The notes beneath the pieces were generated by a model. That model was not told where the DNA came from, did not search any database, and was given only the letters and a program-made list of their open reading frames with translations. From the human T2T-CHM13v2.0 reference genome, Homo sapiens, in NCBI RefSeq assembly GCF_009914755.1, contig NC_060926.1: DNA of 64,000 nt. The stretch is one strand, 5' to 3'. Each line of letters starts with the position of its first letter. Position 1 is the first letter of the stretch. Below, piece by piece: positions 1 through 16,391 of the stretch. The translations under genes were made by a program, and so were the position numbers.

Positions 1-229
1 GAGAAGCTTTCCTAAACTGCTTGTGAGTTTTATACTGAGGGTCAAATGCTGGAGATCAACCCTGAACCCTTCCGAAACAAAAGCTGACAACAACTCAGGC
101 ACAACGCCTTCTCTTCTGAGGCACAGTACCTGCTTCTGTGAATGTGCCTCCATTTCTGTCTCCATTTTAAACCAATCTGTCTAACCCCGGCACTAGAAGT
201 CTCCACTCCACACAGCTGGACAGCCATAC

Positions 230-379
230 CTGGGACTCGCACATCGAGTCAGGGTTAAAGCCAGGAACGGATCGAGGAGTTTCCTTCACCCAGGCTTTCC
301 CAGTGATTTTCGCCTTTCCAGATAAGTTCAGTGGGATGTGGTCCTCTGGGATTATATTTATGAGCAGCGTTGACACAAC
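230..379 (-). CDS. POLR1A: POLR1A coding exon 15 ([14 protein letters not shown]...DSMCESQ); gene continues beyond left edge
   Basis: Acceptor TTTGCAG|GTT at 381/380, donor CAG|GTATGG at 229/228; 150 nt, in frame with exons 1-14 (cumulative 2208 nt). Confidence 0.95.
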
Positions 380-1106
380 CTGCAAAGAAAAAGAGGACAA
401 ACTGATGGCAAAAAGAAAAGTGATGGCAAAATGAGGACAAACTGATGGCAAAAAGAAGAGTTAAGAACTTCCCTTTTAGGACCTCCTGCCCTTGCAATGC
501 CATTTCTGATGATCTCAGGTATGGCAAGAAAAACAGACAGGTCCACCTCCATAGGACAAGGTGATTTCAGGTTTTATTTAAACCAATGAGGAATGAAAAC
601 AAAAAAGAACTTCACTGGGATTTTTACTCCCTAAAATAGTTCTTAAAGTGAATAATCCCCTAGACTTGAATTAAATTCCTAAATAGACCAAAGGAAGGAG
701 AGGAAAAAGTAAATTGTTTTCATTTTATGCCACATACTCAGATATTTCTTTACTATGACTGGAATTAATTATAGCTACTGAAAAGCCAAGGAATCTTTCC
801 CTGGCCCCAGTTGGATCCCTCAGAGGGGTCATCCACCCAACAAGCACTGCTAACAGGAAGCCAAGAGAAGCGCTTTCTCAAGCGGCTGCTCTGCAGAGAG
901 CTCAAAGGGAGACAGCTTTATCTGGAGATAACCAGAGTTGGCTACAGAAGGGCCGAATGCAGGTGCACACATTCCCAGAGATGAAGCAGGGCAGGGGCAG
1001 ACCGGCAGGTGTGACAGGCTCCAGGGCTGGGAGACTAACTGCCATCAACAGCGCTTAGTGTGCCTGCAGCAGGCCCCACAAAGTAGTGTCTTTAGATGTG
1101 TGCAAC

Positions 1107-1395
1107 GAGGGCGCGGTGGCTCACGCCTGTAATCCCATCACTTTGGGAGGCTGAGACGGGTGGATCATGAGGTCAAGAGATCGAGACCATCCTGGCCAAC
1201 ATGGTGAAACCCCATCTCTACTAAAAATACAAAATTTAGCCGGGCATGGTGGCGTGCACCTATACTTCCAGCTACTCAGGAGGCTGAGGCACGATAACCG
1301 CTTGAATCCAGAAGGCAGAGATTGCAGTTAGCCAAGATCACATCACTGCACTCCAGCCTGGGTGAGAGAGTGGAACTCTGTCTCAAGAAAAAAAA
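1107..1395 (+). mobile_element. Alu (AluSc-like)
   Basis: Dimeric Alu consensus with GAGGTCAAGAGATCGAGACCATCCTGG and A tail. Confidence 0.9.
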
Positions 1396-1794
1396 GAGAG
1401 TGGGCAATGGGACAGGGCAGTTATAAGAGCAGCTGCCTTTTCACCCACGTGCACCAGGAGCAGGGGACAATGGACAACAGCATTATTAAAGAGAGCAGAA
1501 AATATTCTGTTTTCTCAGCAGAAGATGACCAGAAAGGTTATGACCCACACTCTCCATGCCTCAACTCCATAGAAGGCCAGCACTGTGCGGTGAGTGGGGT
1601 GAGGGAGCAAAGGCAGGAGAGTGACACGTCCTGGGGTGCCTACTTCAAGCTGCACCTCAACCAAGGTGCCACATGCACAGTGGGGACCCCCAGGCTAGGC
1701 ATAGTCAAGACTGGAACTTGGTGTGAAAGGTAACAGAAACACACCCATCCAAGGGCAGGGAAATATGACCTGCCACTTCATCTGTAAAATCAAT

Positions 1795-2258
1795 GGGGCA
1801 GAAGAGCATTTGATAAACTCCAACACCCTTTCAGGATAAAAATACTCAACAGACTAGGAACAGACTGTCACCAACCTAATAAAGGGAGGCACCTATGAAA
1901 AACCTACTACTAACATGCTCAATGATGGAAGACTGGATGCCTTCTGCCTAAAGTCAGGACCAAGACAAGGATGTCTACGCTTGCCATTTCTATTCAACAA
2001 TGTACTAGAGGTTCTAGCCAGGGCAGTTAGGCAAGAAAATAAATAAAAGACATCCAGATTAGAGAGAAAGAAGTACAACCACATTTGCAGATGACATGAT
2101 ATTATAGAGAGAAAACCCTTAAGTGCCAACAAAACAAATTATTAGAGCTTGTAAATGACTTATTCAAAGCTGAAGGATACAAGGTCAACATATAAAAATT
2201 AATTCTCTTTCTCTATATTAGCAATGAACAATCTGAAAATGAAATTAAGAAAAAGTTC
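1795..2258 (+). mobile_element. Old L1 (L1M) ORF2 RT-region fragment
   Basis: GCATTTGATAAA...CAACACCC, ACAAGGATG..., TTCAACAATGTACTAGAGGTTCTAGCCAGGGCAGTTAGGCAAG and TTTGCAGATGACATG (FADDM-type RT motif). Confidence 0.85.
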
Positions 2259-2259
2259 C

Positions 2260-2560
<301 letters not shown>

Positions 2561-2576
2561 GAAGGTAGTGCTAAGC

Positions 2577-3370
2577 GAGAAGATCTAGCTAAGATCACTG
2601 ATGAAGGTTGCCGCACTAAACAATAGATTTGCAATGTAGATAAAAGAGCCTTCTATTGGAAGAAGATGCCACATATAGGACTTTCACAGCTAGCGAGAAG
2701 TCTGGCTTCACAGCTTCAAAGGACAGTCTGGCTCTCCTGTTAGGGGCTAATGCAGCTGGTGACTTTAAGTTGAAACCAGTGAACATTTACCATTGTGAAA
2801 AATCCTAGGGCCCTTAAGAATTATGCTAAATCGACTCTGCCTGTGCCTATAAGTGGAACAAAGCGTGGGTGACTGCACATCTGTTTACAGCATGTTTTGC
2901 TGACTATTTCAAGTACCTGTTGAGACCTACTGCTCTGAAAAAAAGGTTCCTTCAAAATATTACTACTGTTCATTGACAATGCATCTGGTCACCCAAGAGC
3001 TCTGAAGATATGCAAGGAAATTAATGCTGTTTTCATGTCTGCTAACACAATATCCATTCTGCAGCCCACGGATAAAGGAGTTATTTTGACTTTCAAGCCT
3101 TATTATTTAAGAAATACATTTCATTAAGGCTGTAGCTGCCATAGATAGTGATTCTTCTGATGCATATGGGCAAAGTAAATGGAAAACCTTCTGGAAATGA
3201 TTCACCATTCTAGATGTCATTAAAAAATTTGTGATTCATGGGAGGAACATCAATATTAACAGGAGTTTGGAACAAGTTGATTCCAACCCTTAAGTATGAC
3301 TTTCAGGGGGTCAAGACTTCAGTGGAGGAAGTAATGGCAGCAGTAGTAGAAATAGAACTAGAATTAGAAG
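2577..3370 (+). mobile_element. Tigger1 (pogo-like DNA transposon) degenerate transposase fragment
   Basis: Broken translation resembles the Tigger1 DDE domain: [67 protein letters not shown] (ORF 3238-3426); frameshifted, no TIRs seen. Confidence 0.85.
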
Positions 3371-3379
3371 AATCTATAA

Positions 3380-4025
3380 AGGAAAAAAAAGAACAAAAAA
3401 TAAGTGTTGGTGAAAATGTGGAGTAACTGAGACCTTCATACATTGTTAGTGGAAATGTAAATAACACACCTGATTTGAAAAATAGTTTGCAAGTTCCTCA
3501 GAAAAGTTGAATATAGAATTACTATATGATGCAGCAATTCTACTTCTAGGTATATACCCAGGAAAACTGAAAACACACGTTCATACAAAAACTGGTACAC
3601 AAATGTTCATTGCAGGTTTATTTGTAGTATCCAAAAAATGGAAACAATCCAAATTATCCATTTATCAACTGACAAATGGATACAGAGGAAACAATGGAAT
3701 GTTATTCATCCATAAAGAGGAATAAAGTACTATTACATACTAAAAAATGGATGGAACTGGAAAACATTAAGTAAAAGAAATAAGTCATAAAAGGCTACAT
3801 ATTGTTTGATACAACTTATATGAAATGTCCAAAACAGGCTAATTCATACAGGTAAAAAGTAGTTGTCAGGGGATGAGAAGGAAGGAGGAATTGGGACTGA
3901 CTGCTGTACCTATTAGGTACATGTCATCTTTTTGGAGTGATGGAAATGTTCTGGCATTACAGTGTGGTGATGGTTGCACAACATAGTGAATACACTAAAA
4001 ACCTACTTATACACTTTGAAATGGT
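3380..4025 (+). mobile_element. Old L1 (L1MB/MC-like) ORF2 end and 3' UTR
   Basis: GCAATTCTACTTCTAGGTATATACCCA, ATGTTCATTGCAG, GTGGTGATGGTTGCACAAC motifs; ORF 3507-3725 is L1 ORF2 C-terminus-like. Confidence 0.85.
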
Positions 4026-4030
4026 CCTTT

Positions 4031-4585
4031 AAAAAAAAAAGAGAGACAGGGTCTTGCTCTGTCACCTAGGCTAGAGTGCTGTGGCACAATCATAGCTCAC
4101 TGCAGCCTCATATTCAGCCTCCCAAGTAGCTAGGGCTATAGGTGTGTGCCACCATGCCCAGCTACTCTACTCTACTCTCTCTACTCTACTCTACTCTATT
4201 CATTTATTGAGATGGAGTCTCGCTCTGTCGCCCAGGCTGGAGTGCAATGGCACGATCTTGGCTCACTGCAAGCTCCACCTCCTGGGTTCAAGTGATTCTT
4301 TTGCCTCAACCTCCTGAGTAGCTGGGATTACAGGCATGTGCCACCATGCCTGGATAATTTTTGTATTTTTAGTAGAGACAGGGTTTCACCAGGTTGGTCA
4401 GGCTGGTCTCAAACTCCTGATGTCGTGATCCGGCCGCCTTGGCCTCCCAAAGTGCTGGGATTACAGGTGTGAGCCACCTCACCCAGCCTTTTTTTTTTTT
4501 TTTTTTTTTTAAATAGAGATGGGGGTCTCACTGTGTTGCCAGGCTGGTCTTGAATTCCTAGCCTCAAGCAATCCTCCTACCTCAT
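4031..4585 (-). mobile_element. Nested Alus: AluJ split by a younger AluS (~4195-4487) whose tail has become (CTACT)n
   Basis: AluJ halves at ~4031-4161 and ~4488-4585 surround a complete AluS; pentamer run CTACTCTACT... at ~4162-4200. Confidence 0.8.
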
Positions 4586-4924
4586 AAAATGGTAAATTTT
4601 ATGTTGAATATGAATTATATCTTAATGAAAAAAAAAAAAACATAAAGGACCCAGACAAGAGGAACTGAAGTCTCCTCTTGCACTAACATTCTAGAAATGT
4701 ATAATTTACTTTCTGGTCATAAACTATGCTAGGGAGAAAAAATCTGCAATGTTTTCTTAAACCAAGAAGGGCAGCAATATCTATGGGAATTATTATTTAT
4801 ACTAAGCCTGTATTAACCTTAAAAAAAGTCTTAAAAATAAAATGGATTTAAAAAAATGTATTGAAATGTCTATATCCTTTGACCCAGCAATTGTACTTTA
4901 AGAATTTATCTAACAGATATACTT

Positions 4925-5068
4925 GGCCAGGCATGGTGGATCATGCCTGTAATCTCAGCACTTTGGGAGGCTGAAGCTGGAGGATCACTTGAGGCCAGGG
5001 GTTCGAGACCAGCCAGTGCAACACAGTGAAACACCAGCTCTACAATAATAATAATAATAATAATAAAA
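4925..5068 (+). mobile_element. Alu left monomer (FLAM/AluJ) with (AAT)n tail
   Basis: GGCCAGGCATGGTGGATCATGCCTGTAATC... followed by AATAATAAT. Confidence 0.8.
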
Positions 5069-5649
5069 GATAAGTCAATGAAAGTACACTAACATATACA
5101 GAAATGGGTGTTCACCACAGCACTGTTTAGAATAGTAAAAACCAGGTAATAATCGGAACATCCACTAATAGAGGGACAGTTAAGTCATCTGTGGTATACC
5201 CATATCACTGAATACAACACAGGAGGGGTTAAAAAGAACGAGGCAGATCTACATGTACAGACACAGAATGAGCCCCCAGTACATCCAGTGAATGAAATCA
5301 GTCACAAGACAATTACAAAAACATTTGTCAGCATAGCCTATGAAAACATTTAAATGAACTTCTTGCCATATTTAGAGTGTGTTAGTGTGGTCCCAATGAA
5401 AAAGCAGACTGTCTGATATAATGGAGTTCCCTTTGGAGGACTTGGTGGCTCGTTCAGAGTAAGCCATCTTAAAGACCAGCCAAATCTGAGGTCCATGTGC
5501 CTGGCCATCAGGAAAATGCATGCTTCAGGTACCAGGATGTCATGGTCAAACAGGTGGTTGTAAATATCAGATTTATCAGGTGGTTGAATGTCAGATTTAA
5601 TTGTGGTTCATGGTTCTCCTGAACAGTCCCAGGGAAGGTATGATATGAT

Positions 5650-5955
5650 TTTATTATTTCTTTTATTTTTTTTGAAACAGAGTCTCGTTCTGTCGCCCAG
5701 GCTGGAGTGCAGTGGTGCAATCTCAGCTCAATGCAACCTCTGCCTCCCACGTTCAAGTGATTTTCGTGCCTCAGCCTTCTGAGTAGCTGGGATTACAAAT
5801 GTACACTACCACCCCTGGCTAATTTTTATATTTTTAGTAGAGACGGGGTTTTGCCATATTGGCCAGGCTGGTGTCAAACTTCTAGCCTCATGTGATCCAC
5901 CCACCTTGGCCTCCCAAAGTGCTGGGATAATAGGCATAATCCACCATGCCTGGCC
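5650..5955 (-). mobile_element. Alu (AluS)
   Basis: Reverse-complement Alu consensus. Confidence 0.9.
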
Positions 5956-6089
5956 TCATTCTTATTTATTTTCTATGAGAGTATGTGTGTATATGGAGAG
6001 TGGGGTTGGGGAGGGAGGGAGTTTTTCCTTTTATCTTTATCAATAAACTTGTTTACTTTTATAGTTTAAAAGAACTTGAAGGACAGAGA

Positions 6090-8050
<1,961 letters not shown>

Positions 8051-8444
8051 GCAATGACAGGCAAATCTCTTTCTTTGCATGCTCTTTGAACAAATAATGA
8101 GAGACCTTCGGTTTGTAAATAGAAAATCAATCAAGAGGCTGTATGAAATGACCTGGAGAAACACTCTAAGACTTCATTTCCCAGGGCAGTAGAAATAAAC
8201 TTCCTAAGCTAAGTTCCTTATCTTCTGATTCTAAACATGGTTTTTCTCTGTAGCACCAGGCTGAACCATGAACAAATTCTTGTGTAGTGTAGTCACTCTT
8301 GCCCTTTTCACCTATTTGCAAAATAAAAAAGCCTGTACCAACCTTTAGAGATACAATGAAAAACTTCACCCATGACAGAAGCAAAACCTGGGCCTATTTC
8401 CCAATTTTATTTGGTACAAAGGATTTGAAAAGGATCCAAGGTGC

Positions 8445-9810
<1,366 letters not shown>

Positions 9811-9877
9811 GTTCCAGGTCCACAGACTAAGAACTGGAGAGCAGGAAGAGACCTTAGAGATCATGAACTTGAAGCTG

Positions 9878-10399
9878 AAGTCATTGATTTGGGACCCTTT
9901 TTCTTCTTTTCAACCTAGGCATTTTATGTATAAATTTCCCCCTTAAGTTCTGCTTCAGTGGCATCCCACAAATTTTGTTGTGTTTTCATTTCATCTACTT
10001 CAGAATGCTTTCTAATTTCCCTTTAGATTCTTTTGACCCATGAGCTATTTAAGAAGTACGTTATTTAGAAGTACAAATATTGAGGGCTTTTCCAAATATC
10101 TTGGTTGCTGATTTCCAAATTCCATTATGCCCAGAGGCCACATCTTGAATCCTTTTAAAATCCTCTGTACCAAATAAAATTAGGAAATAGGTCCAGGTTT
10201 TGCTTCTGTCACGGGTGAGATTTTTTAGTGTGTCTCTAAAGGTTGGTACGGGCTTTTTTTTTGCAAACAGGTGAAAAGGGCAAGAGTGACTACACTATGC
10301 AAGAATTTGTTTGTGGGTTAGTCTGGTTTCAAAGAGAAAAACCATGTTTAGAATCAGAACTTAGCTTAGCAAGTTAATTTCTACTGTCCCAGGAAATGA
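9878..10399. repeat. Right arm of long inverted repeat
   Basis: Reverse complement of 8174-8720. Confidence 0.95.
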
Positions 10400-10584
10400 T
10401 GAGGAACTGAGACACACAGGGCTAAGATCACATAGCCAATTAGAAGTTGATCCTTAAGGCTGAACTTGGATACTCAGGCAACAGCAGAAGAACATATTTT
10501 ACTGTTTTTCATTATTTGGTCGCCACATATCATGTAATTTGGTTACTTTGAGAGGAAGTATGGTATGATGCTTCTGGGGTTGAA

Positions 10585-10750
10585 AAGTCCTGGGTTTGAT
10601 CTGTCTCCTGTAGTCTTGGGCATGTAATTTATCATCTCCTAAATGGAGATAATAATGGTGTCTGCATTGCAGATTAGTCGTGAGTATTAAATCAGATAAT
10701 GTGTCTAAAGCACTCAGCAAACATATGGAACTTCCCAACAAATATTACTA
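10585..10750 (+). mobile_element. MIR SINE fragment
   Basis: CATCTCCTAAATGGAGATAATAATGG...GTGAGTATTAAATCAGATAATGTGTCTAAAGCACTCAGC resembles the MIR core/3' end. Confidence 0.7.
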
Positions 10751-10847
10751 TTACTCCACCAGCACCACTGCCTATTACCACCATATTTGTATTATGAGGA
10801 CACCAAATTTAAGTTAGAAGCAAAGGACAGAAACTATGCAGTCTACT

Positions 10848-11164
10848 TTTTTTTTTTTTGTGGAGATGGAGTCTCACTCTGTTGCCCAGGCAGGAGTGCA
10901 GTGGCTGATCCTGACTCACTACAACCTCCACCTCCTGGGTTCAAGCGATTCTCTTGCCTCAGGCTGAGGCGATTCTCTTGCCTCAGCCTCCCGGTAGCTG
11001 AGATTACAGGCACTAATCCCACGCCCAGCTAATTTTGTACTTTTAGTAGAGATAGGGTTTCACCATGTTAGCCAGGCTGGTCTCAAACTCCAGACCTCAG
11101 GTGATCTGCCCGCCTCAGTCTCCTAAAGTGTTGGGATTACAGGTGTGAGCCACTGCACCAGGCT
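10848..11164 (-). mobile_element. Alu (AluSx-like) with 15-bp TSD
   Basis: TSD ACTATGCAGTCTACT at 10833-10847 and 11165-11179; internal duplication of GCGATTCTCTTGCCTCAG. Confidence 0.92.
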
Positions 11165-11309
11165 ACTATGCAGTCTACTCTTGCTAGACACTCCCTTGAA
11201 GCCACCCAGACTCAGGAACCCCAAACAAAGGGGAAAGAAAGTCAGACTATTGCTGGCTTAGCCATTTCTCTGTCTCTGGTCTGGACTCTTCTGAGAATAA
11301 AACCTTTTA

Positions 11310-11555
<246 letters not shown>

Positions 11556-11974
11556 CTATAAGCCAAAACAGACAACACAAGAAGAATGAAAATAAATCTT
11601 AAGTCAAACTCTAATCCCTAATTGCCTGCCTGGAAGCCACTTTCTATCAAGAGCCCTTCTTATATCCCTGTCTTGTCTTGCCCACATCCTCACTATGTTC
11701 TTGCTTGGGAGCCAACTGCTTCCCAAAGCACATGACCAGGGTTTAGCACTGGCTTCTACGTTTGCCATTTGCCCACTATCCTATATCAAGACTGCTTCAA
11801 ACTCATCCCGTTCCCCCGGCCTTCTCTGTTTAATCCCATCTGGTTCTAGTTACTCCAGCATATTTTTGGCATTTATGCCTAAATTTGGTCTGGCTGCTGT
11901 CAGCTGTGTTCTTGTTTTTATACTTTGGTTTTATGCTTTAGTATTTTTCACACGTTTCTGGCCTGGCTCTTCTG

Positions 11975-12350
11975 TAAATCAGTCATGCACTCAACAAATA
12001 TTTATCAGGAGCCTCCTGAATGCCTAGGCACTGGGTAGGCTTTTCCCTACTCCAGGGGACCAAACAGACATGGTCCTTTATGATGAAGAAGAACTAGACA
12101 GTAAACAAATGATTGGATAAATACAATATCACAAAGTGTTTTAAATGCCAAAGAGGAAAATAACAGGGTGGGTCATAATATAGACTTGAGGTGAGGGGGA
12201 TGGTCAGAAATAGCCTCTCCGAAGGGCAGTTTCACAGTTGAGGCCTGAGGGGTGAGCTGGCCAGTGTTGGGAGGAAGGGGTTCCGGCACAGGTTCCTCAA
12301 GAGAGCTGTGAGTGGGCCTGATGTGCATGACTGCAGAAGGGAGAATAGCC
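11975..12350 (-). mobile_element. L2 LINE fragment
   Basis: CACTCAACAAATATTTATCAGGAGCCTCCTGAATGCCTAGGCACTG resembles the antisense L2 3' end. Confidence 0.65.
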
Positions 12351-14472
12351 ATTATTAGTTATCTCTTCACAACACAGCACAGGGTTCATGGTGGGCCCTT
12401 AATAAAGGCTGTTATCTACCAGATGCCAAAAAGAAAGGCTTTTATGAAAAGCCTGAGATTTGGTGAGTGCATTAATTTCATTTGACACTTTCACAGCCAT
12501 TCTGATCCCCAGTCTCCTGAACCTTATCTGTCGGGTCTGTGTTCACGGCAACATAACGCACGCTGAAGTAAAAATAGCTATGCTCACTGACGTTCTTTAA
12601 GATGTAGATTTTGTAAACTTTTCAATGTTTATAGGAATTTGAGAAAAACCTGTGCCTTGGATATAAAGATTATTAATCATTTGATTATTTGTTAAATACT
12701 AGCCAACAGTATGGTCATGTTTTATAACTAAGGCTAAGGGAACTCACAAATGCAGTCTGGGAGAAGCACCAGAAATTTAACCATATGTACTAACTAAAAG
12801 GCTAAAAAAGGATCCTTGTCAAATGGTCTAAACACTACAGTGATGGGCTCTATGTAAACTCAAAGATAACGATTACAGATGGGCTGGAAAGGTGGCACAG
12901 ACCTAAGGCAAGATCAGATGGAGCACACAGCCCCTCTTATGAAGGCTTTCACTTAATAATGTACATAAAAAAATTATACTCTACCTCTTGTTGCCTAGAT
13001 GGTCTTATTTTGCTTGGGGGAAAAACCCAAACCAGTATTATGCATTTGACTCATCTCACAGTCTTTGGGGGGCAGATACTGATTTTTCCTTTTGTTTTTT
13101 TCCTTAAAGAACATAATTACAGGTTCTGTGATCTATTCAGTGCCTTTTCCTCTCTCTGTCCAGATTTTTCCATGACTAGACAATTACTTTGATGGCTAAA
13201 TCATTTTCAATGCAATCATCACAAATTCTATGGCAGAATGCTGATTAAAGCAATTACTAAAGGTCTACTTATAATTCTAAATTTCCTAACTCCTGCTTAG
13301 GATCAGAAAGAACACCTCTGAATCAAAACCCCAGACAATTGTCAGCTTTACTATTCTCCTTAATAGCAAAATGACATAACAATTAATGTCTCTGGTTAGG
13401 ATGCTTTGTGAATAGGGTATCCCTGTAACTTGAATTTTCTAGCTGACTAAGTAGAAGTCAGGAAACATATCTGAAGCCTTGCTTAAAAACTTTCCACAAA
13501 GTATGGGCCCTCAATAAATAAACAGAAGGAAAAAAAATTAGTCCAAAAAGTAACACATAAATGAAAAGTTTAACTGTTTTCATGGAAAAGAAATGAGTTC
13601 CATTCAACTCCTATTTTAAGTAAAAAGATGCCACAAAACTCTACTAAGTACATAAAACCAACGACAAAATGTACTTTAATTCAGTATTATGGTTACTTAA
13701 GGAAGATAACCTGGTAATAGAGAAGAAATTGAATTATAAATAAAGAAATATGGAAACTAAGGGAAATAAAGATATGCTAAGAAAAATTACCTCAAAATAC
13801 TGGTTTTCCTAGTTTAACCAAATCAGCTCTTGTCCTTTTAGGACTCTGCCAATAAAGACATGTTGCATTTTTATAACCATTAGCAAATATAAGGATTCCA
13901 CTTCTTGGCATTTACACCAAGGACTAAATAAAATTTATCAAGAATCAAAAGCTCTTTACCTCCGACAAAAGAAAGTGAATGAAAGTACAGTGAATCTTCA
14001 AGCCATCTCCCATAAGCTTTTTTCAATAAATTAATTTATTGACATTAAGTTTATTTACCTGTGTTCTCCTGCCTCCCTTAAGTGTACGCCCAACCTAAAA
14101 CTCATAGGCATATTAGCATGTGATGAGGTCCACTTGGATTTATATGTCAGCCCACTGCAGGACACAATGTAAGCATGAAGTCTCCTATGGCTTTGCACCG
14201 TATTCAATCAAAATCAAGCACAGCACATTCAAGGTCATTGGTCTGAGGACTTCAGAGCACCTAAACTCCCCACATAGCTAATGCCTCAGGTCACTCTGCC
14301 AGCAAAAAACCATCTGCTGCTCCCCGGTAGTGTCCCCTCTGGTGAAATATGACTCGGCTGCTATAGAGTCAGAGACCCACACAGTTCTGGCAGCCACTTC
14401 CTGTCACCTGCCTTCCCTTAGTCCCAGCCTTGGCTGTCGAGTGGGGCTAAGAACACGCACAGCCAAGCACAT

Positions 14473-14494
14473 GGGCGGGGGGGGGGGGGGCGGG
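14473..14494 (+). repeat. G-tract GGGC(G)14CGGG
   Basis: Read directly; G14 at 14477-14490. Confidence 0.95.
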
Positions 14495-15099
14495 TGTCGT
14501 CCAAAGCTGCTGGGTTCAAGTCTTGGCCTCATTGCTGGCTGACATATTACTCACTTGGTGTTTCCTTGTCTGAAAATCACACCAACCTCATAAGGAAGGG
14601 AATGTCTGCAAACTGCTTACAGCAGTGCCTAAGGCCTGTGACCCACTTAATAAATGGCAGCTTTTACTGCCACCACCACAGAGCCACATTATTATTTAAA
14701 TGAAAACATAAAAAGCCACTTTTCAAATTAGCAAATGTATTTTTTTTAATTTCCAAGTAATCTGGGTAGGCCCTTCACCACTTCTTCCTACATTTAGTCC
14801 CTTTGCTAATCCACAGCCAACAAAGGTGGGCAGAGAAGGGAAAGGCCAACTCAAACAACCGGGACCCTTGTGAAGCCACAGTGGTGCATCTGGTGGGAAA
14901 AGGGTCCGGGATGCCGGGCTCCTGGCCACCTGCCTGATTCCTTCGTGGCAGACGGCTGATGGGAATAGAGAAGCTCCAAGGAGCAGAGGATGCTGATTGA
15001 CACTAGGCATCTCTGAGCAGCCCCTGGCACTCCCTGTGCACAGAGGTCTCCATCCCTGTGGTAGCACAAACCCTAGGAAGATCCAGGAACTCCTTGTCC

Positions 15100-15270
15100 T
15101 TCCTGCTGCTTCTCAGCTGAGTGTCCTTGGACAAGTTACACGAATGCTTCAAGTGTAAAATGTGGACATGAATAGCACCTACCTCCAAGGACTGTGGGGA
15201 GGGTGAAATGAGGAGCCTCTAAAGTGCTCTCTGCACAGTGTATGGCACTGAAAAAGTACTTGGGAAATGG
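15100..15270 (+). mobile_element. MIR SINE fragment
   Basis: GCTGAGTGTCCTTGGACAAGTTAC...TGTAAAATG...AATAGCACCTACCTCCAAGGACTGTGGGAGG. Confidence 0.65.
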
Positions 15271-15908
15271 GAGCCTTGGTTTGACGTTACGATTATTCTT
15301 CATACTCCACCACAATCCAAATGAATGATGTATAACTATGAATCATTGTGGCGCAAATGGCTTATAATTTAGGAGGACTCAAACCTTTGGGTGGGTGGTG
15401 AGGGTGAAGGAGGCACTGGAACACACTCTGTCTTCTTTCCTGCAGCCTGCCTCTTTCCCCGCTCTGTCCCTCCCATGAGCACATGCTAACTCAGGCCCCT
15501 GCCACTCCTGGCCAAGAGTCAGCTGCTAAGGAGATGGGGGAGGAAGTTCTATCCTTCCCTCCTGTCCCTCTGGACAGCTGTGACCACAAGGGGTTGCCCT
15601 TGAGGAGTGAACTTGGAGAAAGAAGGAAAGGATTCAAAGGGGACAGAAGATGCCTTCACGGGCTGCTGCGGGATCTCTTCTGGGCCCTTGGGGTTAGGCT
15701 GCTTCTTAAAACTCATGTTTGTCAGAACAAAGGATCAAAGTCATCAGTGGACCATGAGAACCATTACAGTGTTGGGATGCTAATGCTAGCCGGGGGCTAC
15801 TAAGTTGCAGAATCCAAATTTAAGTGCTGAACACAAGACCTATCACACAGTTATTAAGGTTGGCTTTCTGGGATGGCTATCACAATTTCTGTCCTGATTT
15901 ACATTTTA

Positions 15909-16391
<483 letters not shown>

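Noticed and set aside
393-457. CRISPR-like repeat-spacer pattern
   Set aside because: Only two full copies, the 'spacer' is itself a partial copy, and the context is a eukaryotic intron with no cas genes.
2577-3426. Possible domesticated TIGD-like transposase gene
   Set aside because: Multiple frameshifts and stops, and no N-terminal DNA-binding domain; a decayed Tigger1 copy.
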